Assembly (NCBI GenBank): GCA_002811645.1
Contig: PDIP01000145.1
Coordinates: 66,050-130,049 of the forward strand
Source of the DNA: Corallochytrium limacisporum Hawaii
Lineage: Eukaryota; Protista; Pluriformea
Length of the DNA stretch: 64,000 nt
Reading direction: 5' to 3'
Made by a program: the position numbers and the translations under genes. Numbering within the stretch: position 1 is the first letter of the stretch; every line of letters starts with the position of its first letter. Below are positions 13,001 to 25,772 of this stretch, piece by piece. The notes below the pieces were generated by a model. That model had not been told where the DNA came from and did not search any database. It was given only the letters and a program-made list of their open reading frames with translations.

Positions 13001-14949
13001 AGAGGTGCAGGCGGGCGCCCTGGCCGGAATCGTTCTCGTCCTTGTCACCTACCGCTGCCGGTGATGCAGGCAGAGTGCGGTAGTGATGATGTTGAATTTT
13101 AATCATGCATTAACGAATGTACAGAGTGTTCTCATTGCAGATGAGCGAGGACACTCCCCTTAGTCTGTGGACACGGACCTTAATTAAAACTTTCTCCCCC
13201 GTTCAATCCAAGGAAAACACTTGGTGCCGGGGGAGAGACAATGGAAAATCTTCGGGGATGATTGATGGATGGATGGATGGATGTTAGAAAAGATGAGTTG
13301 CTGCTACCAAAACACTGTGATTCGCACACACCACACCGTCTGAACGGGGACGAAAGATACAAGGGAATTGCGAAGATCCTAACTTACACTTGCACCAACA
13401 CAACGTGACAGCGATATGATAACGCAATGCCTTTACGCAGTCAAAAGCTGGCAAAATTAGCAGAGTGGGACAGACAGGTATTGTTGCTTGGATCAAATCG
13501 AACAGCGACACAGTCGAGTTTGGTGCAGTGTGTGGATGATGCTGATGATGGTGGTGATGTGTGCCACCGATGGTTGACGCTCTGCCGGATTGTATGGGTT
13601 GCTCTTGCGCAGGGACTAGTGCAGTAGTAAAGATTCTTTATGTCACACATATTTTTCATTTCACTCATGTCTTGCGAATCATCGTTCTTCTCATCAAAGC
13701 CTCGATCAGCTTTGTTCACCACCCTCATCATCAAGCCATCGGGAGAGTGAGTTGCTGAATTTTGTGTCGTGCCAAGGCAGCCACTGAGAGTATTCGTGTT
13801 TTGAATGTGAACCCTGAGCGTTGTTTGCTGTCTTTTTTTGGTTTGCTTCGGATGGGCACGGGGAAGGACCCTTTCTTCTGGGTTTGTTGTTTTCTCAACT
13901 TTCTGGGCCCATCTTGACCTCTCAAAAAGGACAAATCTTTGTTTCTGGTTTGCTCCGCTTCAGCGGGCACCATAGCCACGAAAATTGCTATCGGAGAGTG
14001 ACATTCGGTCACCAGCGAACTGGTTTACTATCGAGCAGACCAGGACCTCGCTCGGAGGACAGCACCCAATTCCGTGCCTTCTCGTTAGATCCAGAAGTGG
14101 TTTACAGCCGGGTTCGATTCGTGACGCTCCTGGTGTAGAGTCTCGATGCAATTGGTGTTTTCGTTGAGTAGCCAAGCAATGCACCTGAAAGGTACAGATC
14201 CAGTGGTGCGTTCCCTTGCGAATGTAATGGCAAGTTAACCGGTCGCCGGTTTGCAACTCCGGTATCCGGCTTTCTTGCCACAGGGAACACGATCTGCTGC
14301 GACCGGGTCCCCCAGTTGAATCATTGGACGGCTTTCCTGGCGCGCTCTCCGTCGCAGTCCGTCTGCCGCCGTGTCTCGTGCATTTATACTCAATACTGAG
14401 GAACTGGCCAGCTTGCGTACACAGCCCAAAACAAACTTCACAATGGCGTACTTTCTAAGCGCGCACATCCTTCAGTGAGCCTACTCCAGAAGCAACAGAG
14501 GCCATACCTGCCACTCCCCAAGGGAAGCGTATTGCCGCTTACGGCAGTAAACTGACCGCCGCGCGTAGGCGAATGGGCAAAGTCCAAAAACTAAACGAAG
14601 AGTTAGAATTGACCATAATGAGTCAGTTGTGCCCTTGGGGGGGCCTTGATTGGGCATATTGAACAATACCACTACCACCGGGATCTTCCCGCCGCAGCCA
14701 GAATTGTTTCGCCTAGGGACACTCGTACACAAGCAAATGACCTCCTTTGGTTTCTTTCAGCCTCGTCAGTATGAGGTGGCACAAGGCCACGGAGTCATCA
14801 ATCAAACGATCGTATCGCATCAAGAACGGTGTGGAATGTGTGTTTTGTGTGGATCTTGCGTGTACATCTTGGACGTGTGATGGGTAAACCCACCCATCCA
14901 GACTTCAGCAACGTGGCCTGCGGCCGATGAGAATTTTACCATGAAGTCT

Positions 14950-16400
14950 AAACATCAATGGAGGCTCAACCGGACTCAACAGGTAATCCCGTGTTTTCTG
15001 GTTTCAAGTTAATCATTTTTTGACATTCTCTTGAACTATTCACAAACGCCTGGGTTATGGCTAGTGCACATAGCCTGTGCTCTCTACTGACTCCGGAGTG
15101 TGTGAACTTGGAGGCTATACCAGTGGCACAAACAAGTCAAGTCGCCACGGTCACTGCGAAGAGCGGGGCAATTCTTCCGTGAACAGCAGGACCCTTGCAC
15201 CGCTGGATGTTTCTTCTGGTCTCTGCAACCGATGCGAAAATTGTTGGTCTCCAGACGCGAGCATGGTTGAAATGAAATGGCAGACTGTAAAACACGACCC
15301 CCGGAGGGAACTTGAGAAAACCCGACGGGTTCGCAGGAGAACTTATGACGAACAGAGCCACAAGGATCGCAACTTTTGTTTCGCGAAGCAAAAAAATTCT
15401 TATTTTTAGGACTCCGCCTGCCGCTGTTATGGACGAACTATCACCGGTTGTTTTTGTCATGGCCCAAGGGTTGCCTATACTGTAGGGCAAACTGTTACAC
15501 AACGATCGAGGCACTGAGCCAGTTTGTTATTTTGAATCTGTAGGTTTTTTATCCCCGCCTCTTGGTTGAATACTCTGATATTGGCAGGTTTCTCGAATTC
15601 GGTCACTGATTCGCCAATCCCGTGGTCAGATCGAACGCGCGGGGCCTTAGCAATTCAATGAATATTCCTTGCAGTTCAAATACAATGAGATTCACGGCAA
15701 GATGAACACCGGAGCATGGAGCATCGGGAGAAACATGAAAAAAAGAGTTGAGTGCAAACTTTGTGTCTATCCCTTGCACGAACACTCGTTTCTATTTCCA
15801 GGACTATCTGTAAGAAAAGGGGGGGGGGGTAAATGTAGGGCACGTAAACCGCAAACAGAACGCTGCCATCGCGCATCCCCCCCCCCCCCCAGGAAATCCA
15901 AAGCTTATCCCAAACAAACCCCTTTGGGGGNNNNNNNNNNNNNNNNNNNNNNNNNNNNNCGAACACTCGTTTCTATTTCCAGGACTATCTGTAAGAAAAG
16001 GGGGGGGGGGGAAATGTAGGGCACGTAAACCGCAAACAGAACGCTGCCATCGCGCATCCCCCCCCCCCCCCAAGGAAATCCTAAGCTTATCCCATACAAC
16101 ATCATTTGGGGGTTCTGGTGCGGACATCGATGATCATTCTAATTCATAACCATTAACAATTCGCATGGAAGGCCAATGATAGGATCACTATGCAAACTAG
16201 AACGCTTGTAGTAATTAAGTCCAGTGGATCTGAGTATCCTTTCTTTCGCAGCGCATCCGGTGGTGCGCTTATTGTTTGGTGCTGTATTTCTTCCCGACTT
16301 GTTTACGGTTTCTAATAAATAGATCAACGATGTCTTGAACCTTACATATGCTTATCGCTCATAGATTCAAGCTGTACCCGCCGGCATGGTGAGAGGATGG
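14950..16400 (+). mobile_element. Decayed L1-type LINE reverse-transcriptase relic
   Basis: Ordered remnants: EERGNSSVNSRTLAPLDV (~15160-15210, NxRPIxLxN), DELSPVVFVMA (~15432-15465, GDPLSPxLFxLA), LVEYSDI (~15570, YADD), ARGLSNSMN (~15640, SGLxIN), WSIGR (~15720, LSxxGR), FAWK (~16165), VDLSI (~16225, GGLGI). Confidence 0.42.
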
Positions 16401-17169
16401 AATTTTTTTGGACTGGACTGCTCGTGACGATTCGTGTCCAGAAATAATCGGACACAACTCGTACGAAAAACTCTCCGCGAGCTCGCCCGCCGGCTATTGA
16501 GATCGTGTATCGTAAGTCCACGACAAAGGCGTCCAATGTCACCGGCTAAGGCAAACAAATGAAAGTAGCTATATTGACACATATTGCTGTGTGCATGAGA
16601 AGGTTCAGTTTCTTCAACGGAAAGGCACTTCACTGTGGCCCCCGTAAAGGCAAGGGAGAGATTGTTCAAATTTTCTTCATGCTTTTCCATATAGTAAACT
16701 GACTCTCTCTCTCTCTCCCTGTCCTTCAGTCTGTTTGTCGCTGTCGATGTCTCTGTCTTTCCTTCAATAGCTTTGCTGTTTGTATGTTGGTTTCCTGAGA
16801 TCTGCCAGTCGATTTCGCCAGCGGAAAATATGTGCTGAAGAAATTGTGCAAAAGTTCCATAGAAAATACATACAAAGGCTCCCTTTTCACTACTCACCTT
16901 TCCGTTTATGTTGTCATTTTTTGCAACAACTCTACGATTCGGATCTGTCGCTCACTGAAGGAATGCATTCTATATGTCGTAGACGTAAAGTTTTCTTCAG
17001 TGTGTTTTTACTTGGTCGCCCAGTGCAACGGGAGTCGCTCTGTTTTGAAGTAAATTGCGACCTGCCTTCTTTGGAAAGTGAAGGCAACGTGGTCCTTTGA
17101 TGGAGGAAGGGAAGGAAAGCAGAGAAAGGGGGATGGGCAGGGAATTATTGAGCCTCGGGTGGGTGAGCA

Positions 17170-18100
17170 TCATCACCACAGGTCCTCATGTTTTCTGTGT
17201 ATGAAGTGATTGGGTCTGGGCGTTTGATGTACAATATCAAATGGAGGTAGATATATGAAGAGGGTGTGGTATTGCGCACAGGTACATGCTGGTAGCAGCT
17301 GCGCAATGAAGGCTCTAGAAACTATTGGGATGTCTGGCCAACGAAATTCTGTGAAAGTTGAGCGGATGGTCGCATACTCGTTTCCAAGAGAACTGCAAGA
17401 GCATGAGTGCGTACAGGCAGACAGATGGTTTCTCCAGAAGGATCATCGACAGAGGAAGCATTTCAGAAAGTTCTTGTCGTCTTTCATTTCATTCTGGTAC
17501 TGATGAGCAATTCGCTGCATCGCTCCAAATGCTCCGATGCGCTTAATGCACTCTCGTTGCAGGCGAGTATCCCAAAATAAATACTGTTTCGTACAGTAGG
17601 TTTCGAGTATCTCTTCACAGACGTTAGCAGCTTGCGCGTTGCCGGTTTCTGGTGAAAGCGATCTGTCTCGGTTGATCCACGAGAGGAACACTGCCGAGGT
17701 ATGCGGGTATTGCATTGTGCCGGGGTTGCGGCACTGGGGGAAACTAGATCCAAACAAATCATAGCTGCGATTGATGACAACGAGAAGGATGTGGAAAAGA
17801 TGCTAATGGCTGCTGATGACGGTTGCGCAAAATTTGGTATTCAATATTCAATGTACATGTCCAGCTACGCTATCGCACACTAACATACATTGGCAGCCGC
17901 TGATCGCTTTGTCCGTTGGTGAAGAATTTTATAAACCGTATGTGACTTTCCCTTGAATCTCGTTGTTTGCATTTTGGCGCCTACTTAGTCCCCGGTACGT
18001 CCATAATATTGTATAGACACTTTTGTCGAACCGACGGATATGTTGCTGCCACAGCAAAGAGCATCCTCTGTTCTGCGCCCTCTCGCCTTTAGAGGCGTTG
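17170..18100 (+). mobile_element. Second decayed LINE (RTE/Tad-like) reverse-transcriptase relic
   Basis: Ordered remnants: TGPH (~17180, PGPD), SRNYW (~17320, NYRP), QTDGFSRR (~17420, QxGFxxxR), EAFQKV (~17460, AFDxV), LQASIPK*ILF (~17560, QGSxLSPxLF), IAAIDDNEKDVEKMLMAADDGCAKFGIQYS (17760-17850, post-ADD helix and GxxxNxxK), LY..FVEP (~18010, LYxxxVRP). Confidence 0.55.
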
Positions 18101-19299
18101 CTGTTTGTTAGGAGGGGACACATTCTGCAGCCTTGTAGGGAGGGACAAGGAGGTCGGCTGTCACTCGCAGTGGTCTTCTGCTGTCGCAGTCTGAGCATGG
18201 CAGCATAATGGCGAGATACCACACGAACATACAGCCCACAAAGACGCGCTCTGTCTTCAATGGACACTCCCAAATATTTCGGCTCCTCCCACTCCCGCTA
18301 GTGTCGAGGATCCACGGGCTTGGCAGTTTCTAGTGGAAGATGAATTGTCCTGTTTCGCTTTGTATCCTTCTTTCTAGTGTACTTTACACAGTGACCTTGT
18401 CCTCTTCTCCTCCCATCTGTTCCTGGTATATACTTCCTCCTCAGCTCCAGTCCTTTTTCTTTTTTGCGGCGTCCAAGAATTAATGACACTCTTACTGTTA
18501 CACGGATACCACACAGGTGGTACACAGAACCTAGACCGGATGGCCCTCTCTCTACGCACACACACACACACACACACACGTACACACACACACACACACG
18601 TACACACACCGCACCTACTACACATTCTTTCATTTGGGTTGGGGGAGTGTCTGTGGTTGCCCGCACCTCGTTGTCTGCTGAGATGCGCCCAGGTGCGCCG
18701 GCCACGAGAGAGCGAAAGCGGGGGCTGGGGGGGAAGAGAAGGTATCCACCGCGCGCTGAAGCCGACACACACTGGGCCCATTGGACACTGGACAAGAGAG
18801 TAAGAAGTAGAACGTTGTTAACAAAATATTGTTGCCTCAAACACCCTCTCTTTGCTCTTATATGTTTGCCTTCATTCTCTCGGTTCAGACAAATCGCATC
18901 CCTTATCGATTGCATCTGGTGTGCCTCACGGTGGCAGTCCAAATAGCGGCAGAAGTGTCTATCTGTGTCCGAGCTCCTCACGCCTCCCACTTCTAAACGT
19001 GTTCGCGTTCCTTAGGTCTCAACAACATTTCAGCAAGTTCAAAACAGGTTATCATCCCGAACAGCTTGCACTGATGTCGAACATCCACCTGTTCGCGGGA
19101 GCATGCAGGAGGGAGGGGAAAGGGGAAGCAGAGGGAATCTCCTTGAGTCTTTCTCCTCATTCCGGACTCAAACAAAACATGGTAGCGCCACGAGTGTGAC
19201 CCTTACTTTGAGATCTCAGTGTGTGTGTGTGTGCATCTTCTTCTGCTTCATTCTGTGTCTGTGTTCCTCGTCACTTCCGTTGTTTACTTCGTATTAGTG

Positions 19300-20900
19300 A
19301 TGGGCTTGAAAGATGCCCGTGGAAGGCCAAGGGCGCAAGTGTGGACGTCCACAATCAACTGACAGTATTCCCAAGTATTCGTAAGTATTTGTGTGAGCAT
19401 ATAACTGCGTTTCCTTGAAAATGAGACGCATCAAGTGTCTCTACATTTATCCCAAGCAATATACACACGACCACCGCAACTTCGGATGTGGGTCGATGGT
19501 GGTGTTTCTCAATTCCCTAAGCTTCCTGCGACCAGCGAGTCATACGCCCACGGGTAGGGTCTATTTTGCCGAACAGCTAGACATTTCCTTTCTCCTCGCT
19601 TTCATCAGGGTAGTGCCATCCAACTCGAAGAACACACTATATAGAAGCCATGGACATCGAAGCCTGTGTCACCTCGCCACACGCTCCTCGACCATGTCGG
19701 TTGGCCTCCAGATCGCCAATCCCCAAGAACTTGTGTAATGCGACAGCAAGGAGGGGCTTGTTTCATGTGGCAAAGTTTTCCACATGGCGGCGGGCATCCA
19801 GAGCACATTGTGTGCTCAACTCTGCCAAACCGGCGGTCTCTGGGGTGTACACTTTCTCCCACTTCTGAGCAACAACCGACCGCCAAACTCCAGTATTTCT
19901 CCACAGCAACGGAACGAAAAACTCTTCCTTCCACCCAGCAAAAAAAAAACTTTTTCTCCAAATTCTCACAGGCTATGGCGAATTATCCATCGGGTTCCGT
20001 TCGATCGAAGAGCCGTGCTAGTATATGTATGTAATTCTGAGGCGTATGCGTGAGTGTATCATGGTGCATACCATGCCCAACGGTGATGAATCTGAGCAAA
20101 AGGGCTCGACAGGGGACGGGGGTACTGGGGGTTCTTCGTTGCTCCATCCGACCAACCACCATCAACATCACCGGTGTGCACCGGGTGTACAGTCACGGTC
20201 TGGAGATTATTCACCTTCAAGGTCTACCTTATCGAAAGCACACACGCATACAGAAACGAGAGCAGGTTAGGAACCCGGCGGAACCTAGAAAACAAGTGGG
20301 TTTGCGCTGGAAACAAGGACGAGAAATTCGTGAGGTTTAGAATCAACCGCGTTGCAAAACTTTGCAAACATCTATTCTCTTTCATTTCCCTTCACCCTGT
20401 GCCGTTCCGTTTAGTAGACTCGTATGCCAAATTTGCAGGAGCATAAACACCCACGGAAGAGGAGCTCTTTCTTAGCCAATCCGAAGGTGCATCCGATCAA
20501 AGCCGCAAGATGGACAGACCAAGGGACAAGGTCCAGGTCAGAACAAGGAAGGGATAAGTATTTGATCACGATGAGCGACTGACCAACCGGATGGCGCCCT
20601 GATGATATATTTGAAGCACCTTGGTAGTGATGGCGCCTTCTGTTGCTATTCAAGGAATGGAGCCGCCTTAGGCATGGCCAGTGCGCTTGCCTGAGGGGCT
20701 GTGTGCGAGTTTGGTGTAGATCTGCTGTCAAAAACTTTTGATGGCGACAACAGACCCCACACCACCGGCCTCTGCATCACAACTCGCAATTCCGGACATC
20801 CGAACTGGGATGGGGACGGTCAACATCGGTTCCTCAGTAACGATCACGGGTACTGCGGTACATTCGCTACTGCCGGAGGAAGAAGTGCTGGCAAAAAAAT
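19300..20900 (+). mobile_element. Decayed Ty3/Gypsy RNaseH-integrase relic
   Basis: ORF 19415-19738 KQYTHDHRNFGCGSMVV..PTGRVYFAEQLD..HGHRSLCHL follows the RNase H pattern TDASxxGxGAVL..ERNY..ELL..TDHxSL. Then VSWCIPC (~20060), LQGLP (~20220), LFSFISLHPVPFRLVDSYAKF (~20370-20435, LHGxPxxIVSDRDxxF) and KPQDGQTK (~20500, HPQTDGQTE). Confidence 0.65.
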
Positions 20901-22099
20901 AAACTTTTAGGGGTTTTCCTAAGTCAGGGAGGCGAAAGAGTTGGACGGAAGAAGCCCATCTTTCAAAAAAACAAATTGCGTGGAGTCGTCCGCGTGTGGT
21001 GAAGTATTTCTTCCCATCGCACCTGCTGTCGTAGATTTACTATAGAAAAACGTGTATCAGTTTCAATAATACAATCATTGTTTAGTGTTCTGTTGTGGGG
21101 GTTAGAAACAATGTGTCCACGTACGTCCCAGTACATATTTCGAAATAGACTCAGAGGAATTTCAGCCCCACTTTTTTTTTGTCGCAGAGTCTTCGTATCC
21201 AAGGCCAAGGGGGTGAACGGTAGGGACAATATTTTGCCAGGTCTACAATACCCGTGTTTTCATAATAAATGTACTTCATATTTCAGTCAATTAATGGCGG
21301 AGTCCTCTGTTTTGTTATTTCTTTTATTCCGCTCGAAGGAGTTTTTTCGACAGCACCTCAGAGTGTTCGTTCATTTCAACGTTTCGAAATTTGAAATGCG
21401 CTCTGGATTATCGAGCTTTGTTTCGCAGCAAATACGTACCAACGAAAACTACTTTATTGCAACTGTCGTTGTTCTGCAGTGCCAGTTTCCCTCTCGCACA
21501 TTTTTTTTGTATGAGGGCACCACGTACCGCAAGGGCGTAGCAAAAGATTTAGGTTTCAATTACTTTGGAGTTGGATGGTCCGACATTGTCGCAAGTAGTC
21601 GCCACAATCGCCGAGGAGAGGGTTAAAAACAGGCACATTATACGCTGGGTGTTCCCGACTGTTCGGCGCACTGTGAGTTGAAGCGCGACTCGTGTGTTCG
21701 CTATTCCTCGGTAGGTGATTTCCTCAGTACGAGGTTAACTAACCGAAAGCGCGAACAACCAAGCAGAGAACAAGGGAGCGCATGGGAGAGAAAGAGAGAA
21801 GGCGAGGGAGAACGAGACAGAGATCCTGACCGACACAACCAACACATACAATCCACAGTGATGGAGAATTTGGTGAGATGATATGAGTCCGCGAGTGTGA
21901 GAGGGAGACACGGAAAATGTATGTGTCTGATATTGAAAGGGGGGAGGTGGGCGACCCTTTTGTGCGCGTGGAAAGGAGTTGAGTGTGTGAAGGCTTGCAA
22001 AATTAAAAGTTTTTCTTTCGTGCTCTCGCCGAGCTGGTGGGGTCATTTCAGTATAATCTGGATCATGGACTATATGTTTGGCCCACTTTCATGTTCGAG

Positions 22100-22800
22100 G
22101 AAGCAAAATTCGAGTGGGAAGAGATAACCCTTGCAGCTCCCAGGTCGTCCGCGGGATGTTCCGTGTTTCTTGTTGAGCGCCAGTCGCTGTCCGTCCTGCC
22201 TTAACATCAGGATGGAGCGATGTCAAAGGGTACGGTATCGGACGCCGATGCTTCAGACCTCGCCCCCGTCACATATTTTAGTGGCGGACATGCACCATCG
22301 TCGTCTAGAGATGGTACCTGAGACGAAAACAGGAACATTCTCTAGGGCATACCTAAAGGGAAAGAGATGACTCTCTTTGGTCTCGACCACCAAATTAGAG
22401 CGACAATCAAGAGGGGATAAGGTGTCGATGAGCAGCTGTACCATACCAAACGTCATGGAATAGCCAAAGGAGGCCTTGAGGTGCGGATGACATTCGTCAG
22501 CGCCATATGGAAAGAAAGAGCTGCTTCACACCCAGAAAGGAATGATCTAAACTGCCCGCTCTCTCGTGTTGGCGTTGCATAGCCACGTACAGGAGAGCTG
22601 CTCGAAGATGACGAGTGTCACGAACTCGCTGTGCAGAAGTTTGAACGCTGGCACCAATTCCCCAATACCTGGATGGGAGCGGCAACCCCTCGTAGAATCT
22701 CTTCGAAATCTTTCATCAATTGTTGGAAGACCAGAAGCGAAGGTATTGGCTTGTTCCATCACTGGGCTAGAGAATTGTTTGCAGTTGGTTTGGCTCGATG
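22100..22800 (-). mobile_element. Possible decayed reverse-transcriptase relic (DIRS-like?)
   Basis: EAALSFHMAL (~22510, DLxxAYxH) followed by KASFGYSMTF (~22460, LPFG); weak and frameshifted. Confidence 0.2.
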
Positions 22801-25772
22801 CTGCATATTAAGTGTATGTAACAGACGAGCACGGGTTTCTGGTGGGGTTCGTCCGCTGCTACTTGTTAAATTATTGCTGGGGACCGATCGACCGCTCCCG
22901 TAACATCCTCCACCCTTCTGTAGAATGGGACTCTCTATTCAATCGACATTCCACAGGGACGATACTGCGAAAATGGGGAAAGAAAAGCATCGTTCCAGCA
23001 TGCCGGTGCGCTTCGATTTGACGTGAAAGTGAAAGCAACTACGTGTTTGCATATACCGTTGTTTGACATTGAATCTTCGCAGGCCCCTTGCTAGATTATC
23101 AAGTGCCACGGCCCGAGGATTCATAGAGCACACATTCTTTCCTAAGCGTTCCACTGTTGTGTGTTTCTCTCAGAACATTGCAAATCTTTGAGCCCTTTTT
23201 TTGCCACTGAACGTAGATTTACTACGGCCACTCCCCTCCTGCCATATACAGCAGGTTCTGACGCACGCAGTCACTGAGACAAGCGAGGGGGGCAGGCGCC
23301 GAGGAAAAGAAAGTTTTTCTCTATTCTGATCCTCCTCCCCCGCCGAGTGGCGCACCGCGATTCGCCACAACCAACGGGTCCATGATGTAACAAAATGTCG
23401 TTGTAAAGGAACACAAAGTACACACTAACTGTGCAGATGTGCGATGGACAGCGACTCGAGCGGACGGGACTAGTGGAACGAGTAAGCAGCGGTACACAAT
23501 GTTTGGGTGGAAGTGGAGGTAGCGATGGACTTTCACCACCGGGGAGAAGGAACTGGGGGGCGGGCGAAACGCAAAAAAAACATTAGACGCACACCTTCTT
23601 TTTTCGTTCTTTTCTAATGACCTGATGGTGATTTCCTTCTCAATGGCCACCAATGTCTTCCTTCCAAACCTCCCCCCCCCCCCCCCGGCAGTCTCCATAG
23701 GGGAAGACTAACAACGTCTGCGCTACGTCCGCTGATCTCTGAGTGTGTGGGTGGGAGCTTCCCCAATGGAATGGAAGAAACTTCAACCTGGGTTGGTGAG
23801 AGAGCGAGAGAAAAACATTGTTTTTCCCTTGTATGTGTGTGTGTGTGTGGTTCGGTGGAATACCTGTGGCTCCCACTTCCAGCAAGTAAGGGAAGGAGGC
23901 CAAAAGGCGAGTTTGTTAGCTTTTATGCGACAACCCCTATGATACATAGTAAAGAGAATGGGAGGGACAGACTTGTTCTTTTCTTTCCTTTCTGAGACAA
24001 GAAATAGCCAGAGCGGTGGCAGTTGGGCGAGGGCAAATAGCGCAGAAGCGATCCCCCTAAAAAAAAAAAGTTTTGAGTTGCGCTCCCTAAGTTTCGCCAA
24101 AATAAAGAAGAGAGACTCATTTTTGCAACCTCTTCATCTGCTCGCGCAACGTACCATGCTCCGAGACAAACGAATGAGGCTGAGGGTTCCGGAGGCCTAT
24201 GATGTTACGGCCGGTGCTATCGATGGGCATGCCTTGTGGTGAGTGCGATGGCGGCTCCAAGGGAGGGATAAGTGGAGACACGAGGCCTTCCTGTCCACTG
24301 ATGAACGGTGTCCCTTCCCCTTTCCCCTTTCCCTCCCCCCTCTCCCCTGGCACTGAAAGTGGTAGTTTCACTGCGCAGTGGGACCCCCTTTCCCCCCTTT
24401 CCCCCATCCCCCTGGAACCCGGCCGGGGGGCGGGGGGGGGGGGGGGGGGAGAGAGAGAGAAAGAGCGAAAGGGGGAACCAGGGTGAAATGTGTTTTCCCC
24501 AGGTCCACCACTTCCCACTTGCCTCTTCCTCTCCCAAAAAAAAACTCTTCTGAACAAAATTTGACTACTCATTTAGTATTGAGGAGACACGCAGGAAGAG
24601 TTTTTTTTTTGGCCGGATGAAAAGGCAGAGCGGTGGTGCGGTGCCCCTCCGTAGGCGCCGGGAAGGGAGAAAAGGGGAATCCAGAAGGAAAAAAAAGAAA
24701 GAGGGGAAGAGGCGAGGAGAGGTGGGAGACGACGGTCCAGAACCCCGCGGCGGCGGGGGAGGGGGGGGACTTGGGCGAGGGGAGAGTTGGGGGGACCCCG
24801 GGAAGGAGGGGAGGGGGGGGGAAAGGGGAGTTACCCAAGCGCACACGGGATATACTACTACTCTTGTCTCCCCCCCCTTCTTTTTCCTCTTGCACTTTAC
24901 CTTTTCCCCCTTTTCCCCCCCCCTCCCCCACTTTACCGGATGGTGTTTTTGGGCGCGGCCTGTTTGGAAGGGAAGGGGTGCGCCTCTCTTCACCGTACAC
25001 TCAGGCAAGAGGCGAAAGATCAAGCGGTACCATCGATGAAGGGCCCTCTCGACACACAAACACTCAAACACACACCCTACGCTGTTGGTCAAATGGCCCT
25101 TTGTAACCCTTCCCCCTCTTTTTTTAATCGGTGCAGCGGATCGCAAACAAGAGCGGTGTATGTGTATGTGGATGTCAGAGTGTAGCTGATTCCCATTTGT
25201 TCGCCTCTTTTCACCTCTTGTCTCTCTGAGTCGAGATTGTGGGGCCCTTTTCCCTCCCTGAGTACCAGCCAGCCATAGTCTATAGATACATAGAGGCGTT
25301 GGTGACACCAAGAACCCATTAAGACTTTTGGAGAATGTTTTGGGAATGTTGGCGCGATGCCACCGGGATACTTTGGTATTTAAGAACAGAAGGGTATAGA
25401 AGTGATCATAGTGATAGAAACTGATCGAATTGTATGTAATTATTTACAAAACAGCGACCATAATATTTCAAAGCGAACTTTAGCTATTTTAGCAAGTCAC
25501 AAGCAGATTACAAGGCGAATAAGCAAAGCATCAGCCCAAGGTCTCAGCATCTTCCAGTCTTCCTGAAAGAGTCTCCGGAACGGAAATAGCCACCATTAGT
25601 GCCATCAAAGTAAACCGCAGCCTCTTCACGATCACCTGCCACGACAGTGTGAAGCATTTCTGACAGTAGGAACTTCCTTGATTATCAAAAAACACAACCC
25701 AACTCTCCGTAACGTACATTCTTCAACCACCCACCCTTCCCTTAGGATAGTAATTTTCACATCATCACAGTT

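Noticed and set aside
14230-14760. Possible DIRS-like RT remnant (SVPRR..GKIPVV; LVFGL) on the minus strand
   Set aside because: Motif spacing is too short and there is no YxDD remnant.
15779-16110. ~150-bp direct repeat on both sides of a 29-N gap
   Set aside because: Looks like unmerged overlapping contig ends; the first copy degrades after the homopolymer runs, as expected from read errors.
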